The notes under the pieces: model-generated
The model's database searches: none
Told to the model about the DNA's origin: nothing
Seen by the model: the letters and a program-made list of their open reading frames with translations, nothing else
Shown here: positions 10,349-18,387 of the stretch, one piece after another
How the letters are laid out: each line of letters starts with the position of its first letter
Numbering within the stretch: position 1 is the stretch's first letter
Assembly (NCBI GenBank): GCA_963668025.2
Contig: CAXXTH010000023.1
Location: 32,001 to 96,000, forward strand
Reading direction: 5' to 3'
DNA: 64,000 nt
From: Candidatus Hydrogenedentota bacterium
GTDB taxonomy: Bacteria > Hydrogenedentota > Hydrogenedentia > Hydrogenedentales > SLHB01
Position numbers and translations under genes: made by a program

Positions 10349-10368
10349 TTAACTCAGGAGATAAAGCC

Positions 10369-11526
10369 GTGGGCAATGAGCATCATCCCGTTCCGAGACA
10401 GCGCGGCATCATGGAATACTTGGAGGAAATCCCCGATCCGCGTGTCCGCCGCAGGCGGTTCCATAAGCTGGCCGATATTCTGGTTATCGGACTTTGTTCG
10501 ATGTTGACCGGCGGCGAGGGATTCAACGACATGGCGTTGTTTGGAAGGATCAAACGAGACTGGCTCAAGACCTTTCTCGAGTTGCCTCACGGCATCCCGT
10601 CGCACGATACCTTCAACCGGGTTTTCTCCGCCATCGACCCCGATTGTTTTATGGACTGTTTTGTGCGCTGGGTCCAAAGGATTTGCCCTGCACTGCAGGG
10701 GGAAGTCGTTGCCATCGATGGAAAGGCGTTGCGCCGAGCCTTGGATGACGGCGATTCAATCCCGTATATTGTCAGCGCCTGGGCTTCGCAAAACGGGCTG
10801 GCCTTGGGACAGGTTAAGGTGGACGATAAGTCCAATGAAATCACCGCCATCCCCGAACTGTTGCGGGCGTTGGCCCTTCAAGGCTGCATCGTGACCATTG
10901 ACGCCATGGGATGCCAGAAAGACATCGCCGCCCAGATCATCGAGAAGAAAGCTGATTATGTCCTAGCCCTCAAAGGCAACCATGCTACGGTTCACCAAGA
11001 GGTCCAGGATTTCTTTGCCGACGCTGTTTTGCCCTGCGCTTCCGAACCCGCCACTACCGTTGCCCCCAACACCATGGCCTGCTCCAAAACGCTCGAAAAA
11101 GACCATGGGCGCATGGAAACGCGCCGCTACTGGCAATCCACCGACATTGACTGGGTGGCAGACAAAAAGCGGTGGAAGGGCTTGCGCAGCATCGGCATGG
11201 TCGAGTCGATCCGCTGCGTCAAAGGCAAAAACACCATCGAACGCCGCTATTTCCTCACCAGCCTTCCTCGTGATATTGAGGCCTTCGCAAAAGCCGTGCG
11301 GGGCCACTGGGGTGTCGAAAACCAGCTCCATTGGTCTCTCGACGTGACCTTCCGGGAAGACCAAAGCCGCGCCCGGACCAAAAACGCCGCACAGAATCTG
11401 GCCACGCTGCGCCGAATCGCACTCAACCTCATCAAGAGGAACACGGAAGAGAATATTTCGCAACGACAAAAAAGGATATTCGCCGCACTTGATATGCCGT
11501 TTCTCCAGCAATTATTGGGATTTTAG
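10369..11526 (+). CDS. ISAs1 family transposase (H-repeat associated)
   Basis: IPDPR, HGIPSHDTF, VAIDGK, KSNEITAIP, TIDAMGCQ, RGHWGVENQLHWSLDV; GTG start after AGGAG. Confidence 0.95.
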   Translation: MGNEHHPVPRQRGIMEYLEEIPDPRVRRRRFHKLADILVIGLCSMLTGGEGFNDMALFGRIKRDWLKTFLELPHGIPSHDTFNRVFSAIDPDCFMDCFVRWVQRICPALQGEVVAIDGKALRRALDDGDSIPYIVSAWASQNGLALGQVKVDDKSNEITAIPELLRALALQGCIVTIDAMGCQKDIAAQIIEKKADYVLALKGNHATVHQEVQDFFADAVLPCASEPATTVAPNTMACSKTLEKDHGRMETRRYWQSTDIDWVADKKRWKGLRSIGMVESIRCVKGKNTIERRYFLTSLPRDIEAFAKAVRGHWGVENQLHWSLDVTFREDQSRARTKNAAQNLATLRRIALNLIKRNTEENISQRQKRIFAALDMPFLQQLLGF

Positions 11527-11723
11527 ATGCGTCTGCCCTGATCGCGGGGGTGTGCGCCACCAAAAGAGTATTAATGCGTTTTGCAGGGAAAACCGCCTTT
11601 CTTTTGTATATGAACATATACACCGTGCGCCTTGCCCGGTAAAAAGGTTCGTATCGCCTTTTGAGCGCTTCAATATGGCCTGCTGTTTCTTTCACTATCC
11701 GCACGTCCCCTTAGCCCGCTTAA

Positions 11724-13562
11724 GGGCCTGTCGATTAAGCAGCCGCCTCGATAGGGTATATCTCCACCGCATCGACAGGAATGCGCCGGGGATGCCGATT
11801 CGACGTTATTCGTGGGAAAAAAGCATAGGCTACGGCTCTAGCTGCGGCATGAAGCCCCGCCAGGACCGTGTTTACGCCAGGATGGCCGCCTTGGGGGAAG
11901 CCGGTGGCCATGTTTGCCTTGCGGGCCAGAAGTTTTTTGAGGGTATACGCGGTGCAAATCCAGGACCAGTCGCACCGGACTTTCTCCAGGCCGCGCCGGG
12001 CGAAGCGGCGGATGCCCATGCACGACTTGATGACGCCGAACAATCCTTCGATCCCCGGGGCGCGTTTCTTGTAGATGGCCCGGCCTTCTTCGGTCTTCAT
12101 GCGCTCGTCCGCGGCCTCGCGCAGCGGTTCGTGTTCGTCGCGGGTGATGGTCCGGTGCGTGGCCTTTCCTTTGATGCATTGCCCCGCCAGCGGGCAGCCG
12201 GGGCAGGCTTCGCATTGGTAGGTGGCGTATGAAACGCCGTCTTTGTCCGTGCCGTGTTTCGAGGCCGCCATCTCGTGGCCCATGGGGCAATGGTAGGAGT
12301 CGGCTTGTTCGTCGTACACAAATGCGGTGCGGGCGAACTGGCCGCCTTGTTTGGGCAGGCGTTCCACCGCTTCTTGGGCCACGGGAAGCGCGGGCTCGGG
12401 GCGTTGAGCCGGATTGTCCGCCCCAGAGGCCGAGCGGGTGGGCATGTAGGCCTCTATCCCTTGGGCCTCAAGGGCTTCGAGCACTTGGCCCGCGGCAAAA
12501 TTGCCGTCGGCGGCGATTGCGCAAGGCTTCTCGCCCGTAAGGGCTTCAACGGCCTCCACCGCCGGGCAAACGGCGCTGGCCTCGTCGGAACCCGCCAGCA
12601 CATCATCATAGAGGATAGCGCCTGTTTGCGCGTCAATCGCGGCCACGGGGGTGTAATTCGGCGCGTAGCCCCCTTCTTTGTTGGGGGTGATTTGGGAGTC
12701 CGGATCGCTCACGGGCACTCGGACGGGTTTGGCGTTCTTGCCATTGTGCTCTTGGGACTTCGCGTCTCGCCTGCGGGCGGCGTCGAGGGCTTTTTGAAGC
12801 TGTTTGCGTTTCGTTTCGAGCCGCGCGATTTCCTGGCTGGCCTTTTCCAACTGTTCCGCAACGTCTCCATCCGGCTCCATGCCCGCCAGAAACTCGGTTT
12901 CAGGAAGGGCTTGGGCATCATTGCGCCGCATTTCCTCCATCCGGCGGTCCAGTTCCCTTATAATCTTCTCGATGGTCCCGGCCGTGCGCGCCCCGTGGCG
13001 GTCGCTGTCGGCCCGCAAACGGGTGCCGTCGATGAGCAATTCCAATAGCGGCTTCTCGCGCTCACCTAGCAGGAGCTGGGCGATTTGCCGCTTCAACTCG
13101 TCGATGGCTTTGGCGTGGCGCACCCGGAATTTGGCGAACGTGGAGTGATCGGGCGTGAACCCTTCAAGGAACCATATGAAATCCAGGTGCTTGCACGCCG
13201 CCATTTCCAGCTCGCGCGACGAACGCACGCGGTGCATCAGCCCGTACAGGATAGCTCCCGCCAGGTAATGTGGATGGATCGGCGGCTGGCCAACGCCCAC
13301 ATAGGCAGCCTCCCAAGCGCTCCAATCCAGTTCATCCAAAATCCGTGCGAATATCCGGATGGGCGCATCCGCCGGGAGCATCTCGTCCAGATACTGGGGA
13401 TACAGCACCATTTGATGCCGCTGCGCCTTCGGAGTGGCGAATAGAATGTCTCGTGCGTTCATGTGGGTTTCCCTGGTGACACCAATAATAAATTCTATTC
13501 TACTAGAAATCGAGTTATATGTCTATATAAATTCTACCCCGGCGCACTACATCGACAGGCCC
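11724..13562 (-). mobile_element. IS1182 family element
   Basis: 12-bp IR GGGCCTGTCGAT (11724-11735) and ATCGACAGGCCC (13551-13562); no TSD visible. Confidence 0.88.
11735..13462 (-). CDS. IS1182 family transposase, 575 aa
   Basis: GQPPIHP...SSRELE...PDHSTFAKFR (DUF772-type), IDGTRL, DPDS, CPMG...CPGCPL..C, RAPGIEGLFGVIK. Confidence 0.93.
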   Translation of the reverse strand: MNARDILFATPKAQRHQMVLYPQYLDEMLPADAPIRIFARILDELDWSAWEAAYVGVGQPPIHPHYLAGAILYGLMHRVRSSRELEMAACKHLDFIWFLEGFTPDHSTFAKFRVRHAKAIDELKRQIAQLLLGEREKPLLELLIDGTRLRADSDRHGARTAGTIEKIIRELDRRMEEMRRNDAQALPETEFLAGMEPDGDVAEQLEKASQEIARLETKRKQLQKALDAARRRDAKSQEHNGKNAKPVRVPVSDPDSQITPNKEGGYAPNYTPVAAIDAQTGAILYDDVLAGSDEASAVCPAVEAVEALTGEKPCAIAADGNFAAGQVLEALEAQGIEAYMPTRSASGADNPAQRPEPALPVAQEAVERLPKQGGQFARTAFVYDEQADSYHCPMGHEMAASKHGTDKDGVSYATYQCEACPGCPLAGQCIKGKATHRTITRDEHEPLREAADERMKTEEGRAIYKKRAPGIEGLFGVIKSCMGIRRFARRGLEKVRCDWSWICTAYTLKKLLARKANMATGFPQGGHPGVNTVLAGLHAAARAVAYAFFPRITSNRHPRRIPVDAVEIYPIEAAA

Positions 13563-13566
13563 AGCC

Positions 13567-13597
13567 GCAGGCTCCCCCTTAGCACCTGGCTTCAGCC
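13567..13597. repeat. Right half of the REP-like hairpin, now inverted; includes the reverse-complement TSD GCTTCAGCC (13589-13597)
   Basis: Identical to 461-484; abuts the IS4 right end. Confidence 0.85.
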
Positions 13598-14025
13598 CTA
13601 CCAAGTATAGGCATTTTTAACATCCGCTCCATAGTTTTTTGCCCATTCTTTTATGAGGTCTGGGAATTGGTTTACGAGCGCGAAGGTGGTCATCAGTTGT
13701 AGGAGGCCACGCATGAGGATGGTTGGACCGATGGGATCGGTGCGGCGTCCCATCCATCCTCCACAGCGTACCACGAGGGCAAACAGCAGGAGCAAGGGCT
13801 CCACTTCAGGGTCATCGGGGCATCGCATGGCATGGCATGGCGGACCTTCTCGTACTGCTCGGGCGGAAGGGAACCGATGGCCTGGAGCCCCAAGTCTTGT
13901 TTCATGGTGAGCAGCGCCATGGCGGCCAGCGAATAAAAGACCAGGACTTTGGCGAATTGGTCCGGGTGGGTGAAATGGCTCTTCTCCACGTCAAACCCGC
14001 CGCTCTTAAGCAATTTGAAGTACTC
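13598..14025 (-). pseudogene. IS4/Tn5-like transposase C-terminal fragment and right IR; frameshifted by a 5-bp duplication at 13825-13840
   Basis: EYFKLLKSGGFDVE...GGWMGRRTDPIGPTILMRGL...AYTW*; stop codon lies within IR 13598-13614. Confidence 0.9.
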
Positions 14026-14030
14026 TTCAA

Positions 14031-15722
14031 CCTAAAAAAAGGCAGTAGGAACTTGCTTTGGGATTTTTCCAGCCCAATTTTGTAAAGAAATAACTGTCCT
14101 GTCCCGCTCTTTACGTTGGCGCCGGCAGCAGGTTGGGGGTGGCCAGCGGCCTTCCCTCGAGTATTTTGGCGAAGATCCGGCTGAGGATCGTCCGCCATCG
14201 TTCGTTCCAGTTCAACTGCCGCGCAGTTGCTTTCATCTCCAATAAAAAGGCGTTTACGGATTTCAGAACTTGTTCCATAGCATGTCCTTGCGCATGCACG
14301 GGGGTGATGGTGAGCGTGGTTTGGCCTCCGTGGCGGGTCTGCTGTCCCACGCCGTAGAGCAGCAGAGGGCGGCTCGTGATCGCTTCGGCGTGGCGCTCCG
14401 GAATCGCCAAGCGCACGTACAAAGACCACCAATTGTAAATCAGGGCTATGATTCGCGCCATGATTTGGCAGCGCTTCATATCGTGGGTGGTATACCCGCC
14501 CCACCCCCACTGGTTTTTCTGTTCATCGTAGATGTTTTCCGCATCGCCCCGGTCGCGATAATGCTGGGCCAAGGCCGATAGGGGGTCTGTCAGCGAAGTG
14601 GCCAGCAGCGCGTATTCATACTGCTGCACGGCTCCCGCTTGGATCTCAATGAGCTGTAGTTGGGGGGAGGGGTCAGGCAATAGCGGCTCCGTTTCCAGAA
14701 CGATACTCCCTTTGAGCTTGCGCCGCAGAACGATTACCCGGCGTTTGCTCGTCCATCCCATAAGCTCCAGACGGTCTTCCAAACCTTCCCAGCCTTGGCC
14801 TGCTGGCGTCCAGTCCTTAGAACAAAAGGCCTGCTGGATAAGCCGTTTCACGTTGCTGGTCTGCCGCAATTTGAACAGATAGGGCACTCCGCGCGCTTCG
14901 GCTTCGCTCATGTCGCGTTCGTTGCCGAAGGCGCAGTCGCCGCGAATCATGCCCGGCCAGGCCGCGCGCGGCAAGCCATCGAGAAAATGCCACAATCCAG
15001 GCATGGTGTATTTCGCCGCCGTCTCGTTGCCCGGCCGGACTTCCACGTCCAGCACCAAGCGCGTGTTCGCCATAAAATAGGTATGCAGCACATGAGAAGG
15101 ACGGCCCTGTTTCGCCGGATTGTAGCCCAGCACGGCCCCTTCTTGATGGCCGAACAGGGGCTTCACGCTTGTATCCACGTCCAAAATCCAAGGCTCATAA
15201 AGCAACGGCTCATAACAGCGGCGCAGGTGCTTCTGTAGCCAGCCCGCGCAGGCTTCCCCGTCCGCCAGTATAAATGCCCGCCGCGCCGAGGAGGCGCTCA
15301 TGATCTTGCTCATACCCAGCAAGCCCGGGTTCACCGCGTCGTAACGGACCGCGTCAATGTGCGCATAGCGGGTGTGGCCCGCCAGCACTGATAAAAATAG
15401 CGTGCCCAGCACATCCCTCTTGCGCGGCGCATTATTGCTGGCGTACGCCAGCGGACAGTCCTCCACCCACGCTTCAAAAAGCTCCGCCGTCTTGAGAAAA
15501 TCGATAAAGAACGCCAACTGGCCAAACGGCGTCGTTGCCGCCTCCCGGTCCCATTCCACATGCACCCGGCCCCCGTAGCTATCTACGAAAATCGGCGCCT
15601 CCAAAGACAACCATTCCTCCTCTCCCAATGGGGGAGCATCTTGCTGTTGCGATTCTGTTTCCATGTTCTTTATCTTGAACTACTTCCTGCTCGACACTCA
15701 AGATTCAACTGGCGTTTTTAGG
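14031..15722 (-). mobile_element. IS1380 family element
   Basis: Imperfect IRs starting CCTAAAAA at both ends; 5-bp TSD TTCAA at 14026-14030 and 15723-15727. Confidence 0.9.
14111..15664 (-). CDS. IS1380 family transposase, 517 aa
   Basis: ILDVDTSVKPLFGHQEGA..GYNP.K.GRPS, IRGDCAF, YRDRGDAENIYDEQK. Confidence 0.92.
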   Translation of the reverse strand: METESQQQDAPPLGEEEWLSLEAPIFVDSYGGRVHVEWDREAATTPFGQLAFFIDFLKTAELFEAWVEDCPLAYASNNAPRKRDVLGTLFLSVLAGHTRYAHIDAVRYDAVNPGLLGMSKIMSASSARRAFILADGEACAGWLQKHLRRCYEPLLYEPWILDVDTSVKPLFGHQEGAVLGYNPAKQGRPSHVLHTYFMANTRLVLDVEVRPGNETAAKYTMPGLWHFLDGLPRAAWPGMIRGDCAFGNERDMSEAEARGVPYLFKLRQTSNVKRLIQQAFCSKDWTPAGQGWEGLEDRLELMGWTSKRRVIVLRRKLKGSIVLETEPLLPDPSPQLQLIEIQAGAVQQYEYALLATSLTDPLSALAQHYRDRGDAENIYDEQKNQWGWGGYTTHDMKRCQIMARIIALIYNWWSLYVRLAIPERHAEAITSRPLLLYGVGQQTRHGGQTTLTITPVHAQGHAMEQVLKSVNAFLLEMKATARQLNWNERWRTILSRIFAKILEGRPLATPNLLPAPT

Positions 15723-16280
15723 TTCAATGCGCCAGCGCTGCTCGTAGTAGGCGGCCGCCCGCGCTTGCCGTTCCTGCGTGTCAATGGGAAGGGAGGTGAA
15801 CAGCAGCCAGCATAGAGGCTTCTCGCCATCGGGCGCTTCGAGTTCGCGGATCACCACCAGATGGACGCCCAAGGGCTCCTCAAGAGTAATATTGCGGCGT
15901 TCGCCCCGGGTGCAAGGGCGGAAAAAGAATACGCGGCAGGCCCCGATGGACAAGGAGGCCACCCGTTTGGGGCGGTTTTTCCCGTACGCCACGTGTCCCC
16001 GGGCATCAAGCCCAAGGCTTTTGTACGGCCGCATCGGCAGCGACGCGATGAGGCTTGCCATGTCCACGTCTTCGCCGGTTTCCAGGCGCACGTTGCGGTT
16101 GCCAAGGCAGCGAAACACGAAGCCGGCGCCCACCTCGCGGGCGGCCGCCATCGCCAAGACATCGTCGAATTCCCGATCCGCCACATGCGTTAGATGGCGG
16201 TCCGGCGCCTGGGTGGCCAGATAGCGAATGTGTGTGGCCAGTTGATGCCGATGATTCAACAGCAGGCGCTGGCGCTCCTC
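15723..16280 (-). pseudogene. IS4/Tn5-like transposase, middle fragment
   Basis: HVADREFD (second Asp), PLCWLLFTSLPI, YYEQRWRIE (start of the YREK motif). Confidence 0.9.
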
Positions 16281-18102
16281 GATGCATTTGCGAAATAAAG
16301 AAAATCCGTATTGACAAGGGTTTACAAAGCGGCGGAATTGGCGCCTACCCCGGAGAATGCGGGGAAAGGGGCTTGGCGGGGGCATGAATAAGGATTTTTT
16401 GTGAAAAATCACCCCAAATGCCCTCGGCGAGCGGGAAAAGGCGTAACGTCTCCCGTGTGTGATTGTAGTATAGTTGACCACATAACCACGCACACACCAA
16501 GGAGACGTTTGCGATGGCCATTATACACCAAATGGGGTTGTTCTCGTGGAACCAGGTCGACGCGGCGTCGGATCTGGATCGGCTGAACCTGTTGCTGGCG
16601 GCGCTGCCGGATGAAGATTTGATGCGGGCGATGGAAGCCGAACGCAAGGGGCGGCGCGACGATTATCCTATCCGCGCGATGTGGAACAGCATACTGGCGG
16701 GGATCGTCTTCCAGCACGACGGCGTCGAAAGCCTGCGCCGCGAACTAGCCCGAAACGGGCAATTGCGCCAGTTGTGCGGATTCGACGTGTTGCGGGGCGC
16801 CAAGGCGGTCCCGCCCGAATGGGTGTACACGCGGTTCTTCGCCAGATTACTGCGCCACTGGAAAGAAGTGGACCGGATGTTCGACGCGCTCATCGTCCGG
16901 CTGATGGAACGCTTGCCGGATCTCGGGGTGCGTCTGGCCGTAGACTCGAAAGCCATCCAAACCCACGCCAAGCCTCCGCGCAAAGACGCGGTCCTGGAAA
17001 ACGAAGAGCCGGACGGGCGGCGCGACCGCGACGCAGACTGGGGCACGAAAACCTACAAGGGCGTTCACAAGGACGGCACGCCCTGGGAGAAGGTCAAACG
17101 GTGGTTCGGCTACAAGCTGCACCTCATCGTGGACACGAAATACGAATTGCCGCTGGGCTACGCGGTCACGAAAGCCAGCGCCAACGACTCGCCCTTTCTG
17201 CTGCCCCTCGTGGCGGCTCTCGACGCGCGCCACCCCGAACTCGTCCAACGCGCCGAGTACCTCAGCGCCGACAAGGGCTATGATTCCGAAGCCAACAACA
17301 AGGGCCTCTTCGAGGAACATGAAATCCGGCCCATCGTGGACATCCGGGCGACCTGGAAAGAAGAACCGGAACGGCCCCGCCCTTTATATCCCGAACGGGT
17401 AGACACGATCTTCCATACCGAACGAGGTGAAGTCCTCTGCCGGTGTCGTAACGGCGCCCCAAACGAACGCGACAACTATGATTCCATGGCCTACCAAGGA
17501 TTCGAGCAAGATCGGGGAACCTTGAAATACCGTTGCCCAGCCAAGGCGCGCGGGAGCGCCTGTACCCAGCAAGACCTCTGCAACCAAGGATGCCAGCCCG
17601 AACACGGACGGATTGTCCGCGTGCCCATCGCTATCGACCGGCGCATCTTTACCCCCCTGCCCCGCAGCGCCAAATCCTGGCGCCGCGAATACAAACACCG
17701 CACCGCCATCGAGCGAGTCAACAGCCGACTCGACGGCGCATACGGATTCGAGCGCCACTACATCCGCGGTATGAAAAAGATGCGCGCCCGCACCGGATTA
17801 GCCCTCCTCGTCATGCTCGGCATGGCCCTGGGATGGCTCGAAGCCGGCCAGGCAGAACGCATGCGCTCGCTCCTCGGACAGCCCCGCGCCGCATAGATCA
17901 CATCGAATCCGCACAAGCAATGATGGCCCGAATCAAGGGCAAACCATGCCCATTCGGGCCGCAAGGGTCCTACACGCGAACCTCCTGCATGATTTATTGC
18001 ACCCGTAGCGGAGGCGTAATCCCATTGCCACAGGCGAAAACCGCTCCGCGTGTGCCCGCACCGTCCGCGCGTTCGCAAACCACGCTATTTCGCAAATGCC
18101 TC
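16281..18102 (+). mobile_element. 1822-bp DDE insertion sequence, copy 2 (inverted relative to copy 1)
   Basis: Same IRs (left one GATGCATTTGCGAAATA, 1 mismatch); identical protein. Confidence 0.95.
16514..17896 (+). CDS. DDE transposase, 460 aa (identical to 1361-2743)
   Basis: Identical translation; AAGGAG RBS. Confidence 0.95.
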   Translation: MAIIHQMGLFSWNQVDAASDLDRLNLLLAALPDEDLMRAMEAERKGRRDDYPIRAMWNSILAGIVFQHDGVESLRRELARNGQLRQLCGFDVLRGAKAVPPEWVYTRFFARLLRHWKEVDRMFDALIVRLMERLPDLGVRLAVDSKAIQTHAKPPRKDAVLENEEPDGRRDRDADWGTKTYKGVHKDGTPWEKVKRWFGYKLHLIVDTKYELPLGYAVTKASANDSPFLLPLVAALDARHPELVQRAEYLSADKGYDSEANNKGLFEEHEIRPIVDIRATWKEEPERPRPLYPERVDTIFHTERGEVLCRCRNGAPNERDNYDSMAYQGFEQDRGTLKYRCPAKARGSACTQQDLCNQGCQPEHGRIVRVPIAIDRRIFTPLPRSAKSWRREYKHRTAIERVNSRLDGAYGFERHYIRGMKKMRARTGLALLVMLGMALGWLEAGQAERMRSLLGQPRAA

Positions 18103-18130
18103 ATCAGGGTATGGCCGAGACGATTTTTGA

Positions 18131-18158
18131 CCGCGAATGGACGCGAATGGACGCGAAT
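18131..18158. repeat. 10-nt periodic repeat (CGCGAATGGA) x ~3
   Basis: CCGCGAATGGACGCGAATGGACGCGAAT; degenerate homologue at 52631-52658. Confidence 0.8.
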
Positions 18159-18187
18159 ATATCCTCTAAAATGGTTTTGCAATTCCC

Positions 18188-18210
18188 GTAGCATGGGCGT
18201 CCCGCCCATG
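18188..18210 (+). repeat. GTAG-type REP-like palindrome
   Basis: GTAG-CATGGGCG-TCC-CGCCCATG; related GTGGCATGGGCGTCCCG at 31133. Confidence 0.6.
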
Positions 18211-18387
18211 CCGTGTGGTAAAAACCTTAAACCAGCAATCTTGTTGCATCTCATGAATCATGTTTAAAAGAAAACTCTCCGTCTCACTTTTCGGGACACG
18301 ATTTACGTTGCTTCTGCAATTGACAAGCGTAATCGCCAGCGGCTACCTTGGGGTATCAGCGCCAGCACGGGTGGAAGGACGATCTAT

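Larger units (their letters stand above)
9841..11540 (+). mobile_element. ISAs1 family element, 1700 bp, carrying a passenger ORF and a nested MITE
   Basis: IRs CAGGGCGGACGCATCTAA (9841) and TTAGATGCGTCTGCCCTG (ends 11540); 9-bp TSD ATCGCGGGG at 9832-9840 and 11541-11549. Confidence 0.93.

Noticed and set aside
16281-16493. N-terminus of the 262-aa ORF 15705-16493
   Set aside because: Derived from the IS left end read outward; only 15723-16280 is transposase sequence
1155-18102. Composite transposon bounded by the two inverted IS copies
   Set aside because: The outer flanks (GAGGA and ATCAGG) are not a direct repeat; each matches an inner flank instead, which indicates inversion rather than insertion as a unit
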